Positions 1-9,774 of a DNA stretch of 64,000 bases are shown here, one piece after another. A program made the translations under genes and the position numbers. Source of the stretch: an uncultured Planctomycetota bacterium (GTDB lineage Bacteria; Planctomycetota; Planctomycetia; Isosphaerales; Isosphaeraceae). Location of the stretch: assembly GCA_963737655.1 (NCBI GenBank), contig CAVTTN010000002.1:5696001-5760000 (forward strand), read 5' to 3'. The first letter of the stretch is position 1, and each line of letters opens with the position of its first letter. A model generated the notes under the pieces. The model had not been told where the DNA came from, did not search any database, and saw nothing but the letters and a program-made list of their open reading frames with translations.

Positions 1-1772
1 GCCGGGAGGCCGGCGAGGGGGCCGTCGAGCCGGGTCTCGAGGAAGGCGGAGATCCCCGATCGGGCGAGGAGGCGGAGGGCCAGGTCGAGGCGGTCGGGCC
101 CGGTCGAATCCTCGTGGGCCTGGCCCTCCAGGGCGGACCTCCGCTCGCGGTCGGCCAGGTCCTCGGGCAGGACGACGGCGGTGGCCCCGCAGTGGGCGAG
201 GTAGACGGCCAGGTTCCTCGACCGGGCGAACGAGTCGTCGGGCCCTCCGGAAACGGCCCCCCCGAAGCGGTCCAGGGCGCCCGGGGCGGCCAGATGAAGG
301 GTCAGGGCCCGGGAGGCGTCGGGGTGGGTGTCGCTCGGGGCGGAGGGGGCGGGGTCGGCGGCCGTCTCGCGGAGCTCGATCGTCCCGAGCTTCACGGCCC
401 CTTTCTCCGAGCGATTGACCAGGACGACGACCACCTCCCCCGAGTCCGGCCACACGGGCCAGGAGAACGCCAGGGGCGCCGCCCCCTCGGCCACGGCCGG
501 GCCCGAGGCGGAGGCGTCCAGGAGGGTCCGGGCCCGATCGCCCCCGGAGGCCGGGACGACCAGGGCGACGGCCAGGTCGCCGGGCGAGCCCGAGGCCACC
601 GAGACGCTCAAGCGATGGGGGCGGCCGGGGTGTTCCACCTTCATCGGCAGGGCCGACCAGGCCAGGCCCGAGGCGTCGGCCGGGCCGAGCGTGCCGGCCT
701 CGGTCGCCGCCCGGGTCATCCAGCCTCGGAGCAATCCCGGCCGGGGCGCCTCGATCTCCTGGGGGACGATCCACGGAGACGCCGGGCCGCCCATCGCCGG
801 GGTCCGGCCTCCGGCCAGGGGGCGGAAGGCGCGCGACCTGGACAAATCCACCGAATCGGCCACCGAGTCGGCCCCCTTCGGGGTCGTCGGCAACGGCCCC
901 TTGGGCCCGACCACGGCCAGGGATACTTTCCGCGAGGCCGAGCTGGGCAACGGGTTACGTCGCCTCTTGAGCAATCGCGCCAGCCGAGATCCCTCGGTGC
1001 CGACGGCCGGCTCCCACGTCGCGTGGACCTCCAGGACGTAGGTCCCCTCCACCTTCGGCATGAGGATCGGGACGACGGCCCCCGAGGGGCGGCCTCCGTT
1101 GGTGGCGACGGCCTCCCGGCGAGGCGGCAAGGTCCAGACCGGCTCGCCGCCCCGGGCGGGCCGGAGCTCGGCCCAGTAGCGGAGCGCGACCTCCCCGGGC
1201 TCGGGCAACAGGACGTTGAACCCCAGGGTCGCCGAGATCGACCCGCCCGGAGGCGCGGTGCCGTCGCCGGCCAGGCGGACCTCCAGGGAATCCCAGGCCA
1301 GCCTCTCCACGGTGATCGGCGTCGAGACAGCCTGGGCGGTCCGTTGAGGGGCCTCCAGCAGGGGAAGGACGGGGAACTCGGTGACGATCCCGCCGGCCCG
1401 GACCAGGAGAGTGGCCGAGAGCGGGACTTCCAGACGGACCCGGGCCGAGCCCGACGGCCCTCCCCCGAGCGTCCACGAGCGCTCGGGCCGGGATCGGGGC
1501 GGGATGGGGGAATCGGGCCGGCCCTGGACGTCGATCACCCGGCCGTCGGTGACTTCGAGGTCGACGGAGGCGGCGGCGTTGGCGGGGTCGATCGGCAAGG
1601 TGGGCAAGCTGGGATCGCCCCAGGTGACTTCCACGGTCAGGCGGACCTGGGGATCGGCGGACCCCCGAGGACTGGGTCGGGGCGCGGCGGCCCGGGAGGC
1701 CGTCACCATCGCCAGGGCGAGGACGGCCGCCCCGAAACCGAGGATCTTCGCCTGGCGCAGTCCTTTGCGCAT
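1..1772 (-). CDS. Secreted hypothetical protein, 3' end runs off the window
   Basis: ATG at 1772 gives MRKGLRQAKILGFGAAVLALAMVTASRAAAP (signal-peptide-like). The frame appears open toward the window edge, and + strand ORFs here read as antisense shadows. Confidence 0.7.
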   Translation of the reverse strand, partial: MRKGLRQAKILGFGAAVLALAMVTASRAAAPRPSPRGSADPQVRLTVEVTWGDPSLPTLPIDPANAAASVDLEVTDGRVIDVQGRPDSPIPPRSRPERSWTLGGGPSGSARVRLEVPLSATLLVRAGGIVTEFPVLPLLEAPQRTAQAVSTPITVERLAWDSLEVRLAGDGTAPPGGSISATLGFNVLLPEPGEVALRYWAELRPARGGEPVWTLPPRREAVATNGGRPSGAVVPILMPKVEGTYVLEVHATWEPAVGTEGSRLARLLKRRRNPLPSSASRKVSLAVVGPKGPLPTTPKGADSVADSVDLSRSRAFRPLAGGRTPAMGGPASPWIVPQEIEAPRPGLLRGWMTRAATEAGTLGPADASGLAWSALPMKVEHPGRPHRLSVSVASGSPGDLAVALVVPASGGDRARTLLDASASGPAVAEGAAPLAFSWPVWPDSGEVVVVLVNRSEKGAVKLGTIELRETAADPAPSAPSDTHPDASRALTLHLAAPGALDRFGGAVSGGPDDSFARSRNLAVYLAHCGATAVVLPEDLADRERRSALEGQAHEDSTGPDRLDLALRLLARSGISAFLETRLDGPLAGLP

Positions 1773-2185
1773 GCGGAATGCCGTGGCCCTTCCTTCGCTC
1801 CGGTCGTCGTCGCGTCCGTGCGACCGGGGGATCTCACCCGAACGTCGCGATCCGGGCAATCCCGAGAATCCGGTTTTCTCTCCTTATCGTCGGTCGGAGG
1901 GGGCCCGGGCCTTCAACTTTTCCCGAAATGCCATCCGGAAGGCATGCGATTCGTGGTAAGTTGTGACGCCCCCGACCGGCCGACCGAACTTCGGGCGTCG
2001 TCGTTCGTACAGGGGAGAGAGAACGGCTCGTCCGGTCCGCCAACCGGGCAAATTGGGGCAAGATCGGGGGGGCTTCGGGTCGAAATCGATCCCCAGGCCC
2101 CCGCGAGGCGAGAGCGGATCGCGCGGCGATCCGAACTTCGACGAGGGCGGCCCGGCGGCCCCGCCCGAGGAAGAGGGTCCTTGAG

Positions 2186-3007
2186 ATGCTTCGAGTCTTC
2201 GGATGGGTGCTGGCCCTGGCGACTCACGGCCACGACGCCCTGGAGCCGACCGACCGGCTGGCCCCCCCCGGCTGGGTCGGCAACCCGTGGGGCCCGGCGG
2301 CCACGGAGATGAGGAAGGCCGGCTCCCTGCCGCCGATCCCCATGACCCCGCTGATGACCCAGTGGGATCAGTGGGGCAAGACCGTCTTGCGCAACGGCGA
2401 CATCGTGTTCCGTCGCGGCGATGCCCGGCTCCTGATGGGCTTCTTCCCGTTCAGCCGATGGCTGGCCCGGGCCAGCGGCAGCCAGTATTCGCACACCGGG
2501 ATCGTCTCGATCGAGGACGGCGGCCCGGTCGTGTACGACACGACCCATTCCGGCGTCCGCCGCCAGCCGTTCTGCGTCTGGATCCTGGACAACGTCGGCC
2601 CGATGGGCGTCAAGAGGCTCAAGCCGGCCTATCAGAACCACGTCCCGGCGGTCCTGGCCGCCTGCCAGAAGCTCTTCGCCCAGCAGCCGCCGTTCGACTT
2701 CGAGCTCGACCCGGACGACTCGGCGTTCTATTGCCTGGAGATGACCGAGAAATGCTTCCGGGCCGCCGGCCTGACGCTGTCCCAGCCGGTCCGGATCGGC
2801 GACTTCGAGAACATCCACCGCTACCCGATCATCGTCGTGGTCTTCCAGAACCTGACGGTCTGGAGCCTCAAGCACCCGCTGACCCTGGAGCAGGCCGTCT
2901 TCCTCCCCGGCAACGAGAGGCACGGCATCTGGGCCTCGCCGATGCTGGAGACGATCTACCCGCCGACCCCGGTGGCCAACTCCTCGCCCTCCGGCGCGAG
3001 GCATTGA
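2186..3007 (+). CDS. Permuted papain-like amidase, YiiX/YebB-type NlpC/P60 family
   Basis: GDIVFRRG, YSHTGIV and FDFELDPDDSAFYCLEM motifs, with His before Cys (permuted order). Confidence 0.85.
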   Translation: MLRVFGWVLALATHGHDALEPTDRLAPPGWVGNPWGPAATEMRKAGSLPPIPMTPLMTQWDQWGKTVLRNGDIVFRRGDARLLMGFFPFSRWLARASGSQYSHTGIVSIEDGGPVVYDTTHSGVRRQPFCVWILDNVGPMGVKRLKPAYQNHVPAVLAACQKLFAQQPPFDFELDPDDSAFYCLEMTEKCFRAAGLTLSQPVRIGDFENIHRYPIIVVVFQNLTVWSLKHPLTLEQAVFLPGNERHGIWASPMLETIYPPTPVANSSPSGARH

Positions 3008-3150
3008 GGCGAGCCGCGTCCCCGCCCGATTCTTCATCTGCCCTTGATCGTTTCGTCGAGGATGACCATAGTGCCTGGCCGTCTCCTCGGAGAGGGCCCG
3101 CCCCGCCGGGATTCCCCTCCGGGGTCGCCACGTCGGCGAGAGCGCATGTC

Positions 3151-4233
3151 ATGGCTCGAATCGGCCGATTCCCCCCCTGGATCGCCTGCCTCGCGCTGTT
3201 CTTGGCCTGGATCGGGAGCGCCCCGGCCCGGGGCGGCGACCTCCCCTCGCCCGTCTATCCTCACGGGACGTTCTCGGCCCAGTCCTTCGGCACGGGGGCG
3301 CGGTCGTACTGGATCTTCGAGCCGGCCGACCCCGTCCCCGAGACCGCGCCGGTCGTGGTGTTCCATCACGGCTGGCTGGCGGTCAACCCGGGGGTTTACG
3401 GGGCCTGGATCGAGCACCTCGCCCGGAGCGGGCGGGTCGTGATCTTCCCGAGATATCAGACCGATTGGTCCACCCGGCCCAGCGAGTTCCTGCCCAACGC
3501 GATCGCGGCGGTCCGGGACGCCCTGGACGTCCTGGAGACGGCCCCGAGGCACGTCCGGCCGGATCTCCACCGGTTCGCCCTGATCGGGCATTCGGCCGGG
3601 GGGAACCTCTCGGCGCAGATGGCGGCGGTCGCGGCCGAGGAGGGCCTGCCCGAGGCCCGGGCGATCGTGGCGATGTTCCCCGGCGAGGTCAAGCCGCTCC
3701 ACGAGCCCGACCTGGCGAAGATCCCGGCCCGGACGCTCCTCCTCGTCGCCGCGGCCGACGCCGACCTGATCGTCGGCGACTGCCGGGCCCGCGAGATCTA
3801 CGCCGAGGCCGCCGCGATCCCGCCCTCCCACAAGGAATTCCTGCTCTATCGGAGCTGCCGCAACGGCCCGATCCCGCTGGTGGCCGACCACCTCGCCCCG
3901 ACGGCCGGGCTGACCCGGCTGGACAGCGGCGAAGGGCTGTTCCGCACCAAGCAGATGAACCGGGCCACCGTCGATATCCTCGACCGCTTCGGCTTCTGGA
4001 GGGCCGCCGACCTGACCATCGCCGCCGGCTTCGCCGGGCTCTCGCTGGACGAGGCCACGGCCGGAGGCGCCCTGTTCCGCGACCTCGGCCGATGGGGCGA
4101 CGGCACCGCCGTGACCCCGCCCCTCTCCGGGGACGACCTGGCCATCATCCCCCGGGTCCTGCCCACCAACGGCGTGAGGCTGATCCCCTGGAGCCCCGAC
4201 GAGTTCCGCCGGATGCTCTTCGAGAGGCCGTGA
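3151..4233 (+). CDS. Secreted alpha/beta hydrolase (chlorophyllase/lipase-like)
   Basis: Signal peptide MARIGRFPPWIACLALFLAW, VVVFHHGW, nucleophile elbow GHSAGG. Confidence 0.8.
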   Translation: MARIGRFPPWIACLALFLAWIGSAPARGGDLPSPVYPHGTFSAQSFGTGARSYWIFEPADPVPETAPVVVFHHGWLAVNPGVYGAWIEHLARSGRVVIFPRYQTDWSTRPSEFLPNAIAAVRDALDVLETAPRHVRPDLHRFALIGHSAGGNLSAQMAAVAAEEGLPEARAIVAMFPGEVKPLHEPDLAKIPARTLLLVAAADADLIVGDCRAREIYAEAAAIPPSHKEFLLYRSCRNGPIPLVADHLAPTAGLTRLDSGEGLFRTKQMNRATVDILDRFGFWRAADLTIAAGFAGLSLDEATAGGALFRDLGRWGDGTAVTPPLSGDDLAIIPRVLPTNGVRLIPWSPDEFRRMLFERP

Positions 4234-4398
4234 GGGGCGGCCTTTGCAACGGCGAGCGGCGATGATTTCCGGGGACGTCGCTCAGGAGAACTTGCCGAGC
4301 GAATCCCACGGGAGCATACTTGCAGTAAGTTCGGCGACAACGCCACCTCGGGGAAAGTCGCGCAAACGGGGCCCGCGGCCTTCGGAGGAACGACGACC

Positions 4399-4869
4399 GT
4401 GGCCAAGGCCGAGAAGCCAAAGGTGGGATGGGACGTGAGCCGGGCGGTCGTGCACATCAAGGCGACGTCGAGCGGCACCACCGTGACGATCACGGGCCCG
4501 AACGGCAAGGCCCTGTGCCGGGCGTCTAGCGGGACGGCCGGGTTCAAGGAGAGCCGCAAGAGCACCCCGTTCGCCGCCCAGAGGGCCGCCGAGACCGCCG
4601 CCTCCTCGGCCACGAAGTGCGGCGTGAGGGAAGTCGAGGTCAAGCTCGAGGGACCCGGCTCCGGGCGAGAGAGCGCGGTCACCGCCCTCCGAACCTCGGG
4701 CCTGTCGATCAAGGCCATCGAGGAATCGGATCAGGCCATGATCGAGCCGAGGATGCGTCGCATCCAGCAGCCCATCAAGCTCGGCAAGATCACGCGAAGG
4801 CAGGCGGACGAGGCGGTCAGGACGGTGCTCAGGCGGAGAGCGCAGGGCGGGACAACTCCCCTCAGTTAG
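4399..4869 (+). CDS. rpsK: Orphan, divergent ribosomal protein S11 (uS11) paralog with replaced C-terminal tail
   Basis: VVHIKAT..TTVTIT, GFKESRKSTPFAAQRAAE, GPGSGRESA motifs; GGAGG before the GTG start. Lacks DVTPxPHNGCRPPKxRRV and has no rpsM/rpoA neighbours. Confidence 0.85.
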   Translation: MAKAEKPKVGWDVSRAVVHIKATSSGTTVTITGPNGKALCRASSGTAGFKESRKSTPFAAQRAAETAASSATKCGVREVEVKLEGPGSGRESAVTALRTSGLSIKAIEESDQAMIEPRMRRIQQPIKLGKITRRQADEAVRTVLRRRAQGGTTPLS

Positions 4870-4881
4870 CCCTTCGAGGGG

Positions 4882-5511
4882 ATGGATGTGAAGTCAGTCC
4901 AACGCCATGATCACGTCTTTATCAACTGCCCTTTTGACACGGAGTATCGGCCACTCTTCGAGGCCATCGTCTTCGCGGTTCATGATTGCCGATACGTGGC
5001 CCGATGTGCTCTGGAGGTCGACGACGCGAGTCAGGTGCGGATCGAGAAGATCTCGCAGATCATCGCCGAATGCCGCCTGGGCATCCACGATATCTCGCGG
5101 ACCGAGCCGGACGTGGCTTCCGGCCTCCCTCGGTTCAATATGCCCCTGGAACTTGGGCTGTTCCTGGGGGCGAAGAGGTTTGGTCCGGGAGCGCAGAAGA
5201 GGAAGAGCTGTCTCGTCCTGGATCGGGAGCGATATCGCTTCCAGAAATTCTGCTCCGACATCGCCGGGCAAGACATCTCCGCTCATCGCGGCGACCGCCG
5301 AGCGGCCGTGAAGATCGTCCGGGACCGGCTTCGCGGCGCGGCTCGACGTTCGCTGGGCGAGATCCCGGGCGGCTCGGCGGTCGCCGACCGTTACGAGGCG
5401 TTTCGAGACGTCTTGCCCGAACTCTGCGTCCAGGCCCAACTCGACGAATCGGAATTGATTTTCGTCGAATATGTCACGCTCGTCGTTGCCTGGTTGGAGC
5501 AGAACGCCTGA
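4882..5511 (+). CDS. Nucleoside 2-deoxyribosyltransferase-like/TIR-like fold protein
   Basis: VFINCPFD, RIEKISQIIAECRLGIHDISR, PRFNMPLELGLFLG and SDIAGQDI motifs; visibly lower GC than the flanks. Confidence 0.65.
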   Translation: MDVKSVQRHDHVFINCPFDTEYRPLFEAIVFAVHDCRYVARCALEVDDASQVRIEKISQIIAECRLGIHDISRTEPDVASGLPRFNMPLELGLFLGAKRFGPGAQKRKSCLVLDRERYRFQKFCSDIAGQDISAHRGDRRAAVKIVRDRLRGAARRSLGEIPGGSAVADRYEAFRDVLPELCVQAQLDESELIFVEYVTLVVAWLEQNA

Positions 5512-5525
5512 GGAATCGGTCGCCC

Positions 5526-7456
5526 TCACCCCGCCCATCGGCCGTTGCCGGCGGCGGCCTCGGGGAGGATGCCGACGGTCCGGGCGAGTTCGAGGGCCGC
5601 GTTGGTGACGCCCTCGACGTCCAGGCCGACCTCGGCGAGCTGCTCGTCTCGCTCGGCGTGCAGGACGAAGCGGTCGGGCAGGCCGAGCCGGCGGACGTGG
5701 GCCGTGGGCAGGCCGGCGTCGTTGGCCGCTTCCAGGACCGCCGAGCCGTAGCCGCCGGCCAGGCAGCCCTCCTCGACCGTCAGGACGAACCCGCATTCCT
5801 CGATCGCCTTGAGCGTCGTCGCCCGGTCGATCGGCTTGATGAACCGGGCGTTCACGACGCCGACCCTCAGGCCGTGCTCGGCCCTCAGCGCCTCGGCGGC
5901 CCTCAGGCAGGTGCCGACGGTCGTCCCGGCGGCGAGGAACATGCCGTCGGTCTCCCATTCGAGGATCTCGGCCTGGCCCAGCTCGATCGGCTGGGGCTCG
6001 CGGTCGATCGTCTCCAGCCCGGCCCGGGGGTAGCGGATCGACACCGGAGACGTGTGATTCAGGGCGAATTCCAGCATCGGCGCGATGTCCTTCTCGTCGC
6101 CGGGGGCCGTCACGACCATGTTGGGGAAGATCCGCATGTAGGCGAGATCATACGTCCCATGGTGGGTCGGCCCGTCGGCGCCGACCAGGCCGGCGCGGTC
6201 GATCAGGAAGGTGACGGGGAGGTCCTGGAGGGCGACTTCCTGGAAGATGTGGTCGAAGGAGCGCTGGAGGAACGTGCTGTAGATGTCCACCACGGGCCGG
6301 GCCCCGGCCTTGGCCATCCCCCCGGCGAAGGCCACGGCGTGCCCCTCGCAGATGCCGACGTCGAAGAAGCGGTCGGCGAAGTCCTCGCGGATCTTCTGGA
6401 GCTTGTTCCCCTCGCACATCGCGGCCGTGAGGACGGCGACCTTCGGGTCGCGGACCATCGCCTCGTGCAGGGCGGCGCTCACGGCGTCGGTGTATGCCTT
6501 GGTGGAGGAGGTCTTCAGGGGGATGATGCCGCTGTCGGAGCTCTGGAACGGCGCCGGGGCGTGGAACTTCACCGGGTCCTTCATCGCCGGCGCGAAGCCG
6601 TGGCCCTTGTCCGTGAGGACGTGGAGGAGGATCGGCCCCTCCATCGCCTTGACCTTCGTCAGGTACGTGCGCAGGGTCTTGAGGTCGTGGCCGTCGATCG
6701 GGCCGATGTAGGTGAAGCCCAGGTCCTCGAAGAGCATCCCGCCGTGGAGGCTGGCCTTGACCGCGTCCTTGAACTGCTGGAGCCAGCGGTCGGCCTGCTC
6801 GCCCACCAGGGGGATCTGCGGCAGGAGCTTGCGCACCCTCTTGTTCAGGTCATTGTACATCGGGGCCATGCGGCACTTGTCGAAGTAGTACGCCAGGCCG
6901 CCGACCCTCGGGCAGATGGACATCTTGTTGTCGTTCAGGACGACGAGGAACTTCTTGCGCAAGCCCCCGGCGTTGTTCAGGGCCTCGAAGACGACGCCCG
7001 AGGGGAACGCGCCGTCGCCGATCACGGCGACGCTGTGGCGCTCGGGGTGGCCCATCAGGTCGTCGCCGGCCTTCAGGCCCAGGGCCGTGGAGGGGCGCAG
7101 CCGGCGTGGCCGGTCATGAACAGGTCGAACTCGCTCTCGCTCGGGTTGGGGTAGCCCATCAGGCCCCCCTTGGTGCGGATCGTGTGGAGGCGGTCGGCCC
7201 GGCCGGTGATCAGCTTGTGGGGGTAGATCTGGTGGCCGGTGTCCCAGATGATCCGGTCCTTCGAGAAGTCGAAGGAGAGGTGCAAGGCCAGGCAGAGCTC
7301 GACGACGCCGAGGTTGCTGGCGAAGTGGGCGGCCCGGCGGCCGACGACGCCGATCAGCTCGTCGCGCATCTCCCCGGCGAGCTGCACGAGTTCCGTCTCG
7401 GAGAGCCCCAGCAAATCGGCCGGGGAGCCGATCCGGGGTAGCAGAGCGCTGCTCAT
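5526..7456 (-). CDS. dxs: 1-deoxy-D-xylulose-5-phosphate synthase; frameshift near 7093, probably a sequencing error
   Basis: HFASNLGVVEL, WDTGHQIYPHKLITGR, GDGA..NDN, GICEGHAV, GADGPTHHG. Adding one C in the C-run after GHAGCA restores the frame. Confidence 0.95.
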
Positions 7457-8375
7457 CAGCGGTCCCTTTCCAAAAGATCCAGGGCCAGGGCCTTCAGGCG
7501 GGCCCCCCGATCGCCGAACGGCCCGAGGGCGGCCGTGGCCTCGTCGGCGAGCTGGCGGGCCTTGCTCCGGCTGCCCTCCTCGCCGAGGAAGCCGGGATAC
7601 GTCCACTTGCCCAGGCCCGAGTCCTTGCCCACCCTCTTGCCCAGCTTCGCCTCGTCCCCATGGACGTCCAGCAAGTCATCGACGATCTGGAACGCCAGGC
7701 CGACGGCCCGGCCATACACATCGAGAGCGGCCGTCTGGGCCTCGGAGGCCCCGGCGACCGCCGCGCCCATCCTCAGAGACGCCCGGAGCAGCGCCCCGGT
7801 CTTCCTGCGATGGATCGCTTCGAGGGCCTCGACCGTGCCGTCGGTCCGCCCCTCGGCCTGGAGGTCGGCCATCTGGCCGCCGACCATGCCCTCGGGCCCG
7901 AGCCCTCGGCCAGGGCCAGGACGCACCGGGCCGCGGCCTCGGGCGGGCGAGTGTACCGGACGATCGTCTCGAACGCCAGGGTCAGCAGGCCGTCGCCGGC
8001 GAGGATCGCCGCCGCCTCGTCGAACGCCTTGTGGCAGGTCGGCCGACCTCGCCGGAGGTCGTCGTCGTCCATCGCCGGAAGGTCGTCGTGGATCAGGGAA
8101 TACGTGTGGACCATCTCGACGGCGCAGGCCGCCGGCAGCGCCGATTCGGGGTCGCCCCCGCACGCCTCGGCCGCCATCAGGACGAGGATCGGCCGCAATC
8201 GCTTGCCGCCGCCGAGCAGGCTGTACCTCATGGCCGAGGCCAGCCGGGGCGGGCAATCGGCCGAGGGGTCGTCCTCGACCGGCAGGAACCGGGCGAGGGC
8301 CGCCTCGACGCGTCCCCGGGAATCCCGGAGGAACGCGGCCAGCGGAGCGGACTCGATCGTGTCGGAAGTCGTCAT
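7456..8375 (-). CDS. ispA: Polyprenyl (farnesyl/geranylgeranyl) diphosphate synthase; frameshift near 7895
   Basis: [52 protein letters not shown] overlap with dxs. Confidence 0.93.
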
Positions 8376-8581
8376 GGGCGGAGGGGTTCGGTCGAGCGTC
8401 CGCGAAGGCGCGGTCGGGCATCCAGGCCCGACGGTCGGGCGGAGTCGCCAGGGGCGGACGGACTCGGTCCATCGCGAGGCTATTGTGGACATTTCCCGAG
8501 GGAAAGTCCATGCGGGTCCGGCCATTCCGCCGGGGCGGTCCTGGTCGGGGGTTTAGCTCGCGAACCTGGAGTTTTCGGGCG

Positions 8582-8695
8582 CCCCCGGTTCTCGAACCGG
8601 GGTCGCGGAGCGACAAGAAGCCGAAACGCCAGCAACGCGACCCGATCGACGGGCCTCTTGCGGCTGCGCCGCCCCGGTTCGAGAACCGGGGCCAC
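8582..8695. repeat. Inverted pair of palindromic REP-like units CCCCGGTTCTCGAACCGGGG
   Basis: One unit at about 8582-8602 and its reverse complement at about 8672-8691. Confidence 0.7.
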
Positions 8696-8732
8696 CCAGA
8701 ATCCGAACCGGGGGCACCCGGGACGAGGTCGC

Positions 8733-9677
8733 TCATCCCTCCCGTTTCGTCCCCGCCACGTTCACCCCGCTCCCGATGATCCCATCGTGGCGATAGGCCC
8801 AATCGTAGATCCGGCCGGCCTTCGCCGGCGCCAGCTCCACGAGGTCGTCGAATCCTTCCTCGCGGAACCAGGTTTTCAGCTCCTCGACGGTGTGATGCGA
8901 TTGATAGCGGGGGGCGTACCAGTCGAAGTTGTCGCAGACGCGGAGGGTCCAGTCGGGGTGGTTGGAGAAGTTCGCGAGCTTGTTCAGCGTCTTGTTCAGG
9001 ACGGGGACGCTCCCGAGCACCCCGAGCCCGGCGCAGAGGCGTTCGAGAAGCCGGGGGGGCATCCTCGTGGTGATCGCGCGGAGGCCCGAATTCAGCCATT
9101 CTTGCGGGGGGGTGTTGCGGCGGTAGAGCCAGACGGCCAGCCTGCCCCCGGGCCGCACCCGGGCCGCCACCCGGGCGAACGCCCGCCTCGGGTCGGGGCT
9201 GTGGTGCAGGACCCCGATCGAGAACGCGACGTCGAACGCCGATTCGGCCGCCGGGAGGTCGAGCAGGTCGGCCTGGGCGATCGTCACCGTCGGCAAATCC
9301 GAGCAGAGGGACGCCGCCTTCTCGACGGCCTCGCTGAGGTCCACCCCGAGGACCTTCGCGCCGACGCTCCCGAGCAACCGGGCATACCGGCCTCCTCCGC
9401 ATCCGGCGTCCAGGACGAGCTTGCCGGCGAGGTCGGCCGGCTTAAGGCCGGTCTTGACGAGGAAGACGGCGGCATCTTCCTCGGGACGGGCCACGTCGTA
9501 GCGGTTCCACTGCCGGCCGAAGCTCTCGACATACGATTCCCCGGCCAGGCGAGGCACCCCGCCGACGATCGGGAAGGTCGAGCCGCAGGAGGAGCACGCG
9601 AGCCGTTCCGCCGAGGCCTCGGCGAAGCGGCCCCGGCACTTCGGGCATCTCAGGAGGGCGAGCAGCTCGGGATTCAT
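8733..9677 (-). CDS. Class I SAM methyltransferase with N-terminal Trm112-like zinc-ribbon segment
   Basis: LRCPKC..CSSCGSTFPIVGGVPRL, VLDAGCGGGR, SIGVLHH. Confidence 0.85.
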   Translation of the reverse strand: MNPELLALLRCPKCRGRFAEASAERLACSSCGSTFPIVGGVPRLAGESYVESFGRQWNRYDVARPEEDAAVFLVKTGLKPADLAGKLVLDAGCGGGRYARLLGSVGAKVLGVDLSEAVEKAASLCSDLPTVTIAQADLLDLPAAESAFDVAFSIGVLHHSPDPRRAFARVAARVRPGGRLAVWLYRRNTPPQEWLNSGLRAITTRMPPRLLERLCAGLGVLGSVPVLNKTLNKLANFSNHPDWTLRVCDNFDWYAPRYQSHHTVEELKTWFREEGFDDLVELAPAKAGRIYDWAYRHDGIIGSGVNVAGTKREG

Positions 9678-9774
9678 GGCGATCCAGGCGCGGAGAGTTC
9701 GCGACGGATCACGGTTCGTCCGTCTCTTCGTCTCCAGTATACTGGGCGATCGTCGCGGAGAGGGGGTGGGGGAC

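Noticed and set aside
114..2312. 732-aa + strand ORF and the many other long Arg/Gly/Pro-rich ORFs (e.g. 53573-57376, 12235-15903, 19494-22475)
   Set aside because: Antisense or off-frame shadows of real genes, expected at this GC content; no recognisable motifs.
7073..7900. Programmed frameshifting or true pseudogenes in dxs and ispA
   Set aside because: Single-base losses in C-runs recur in unrelated genes; sequencing error is the simpler explanation.
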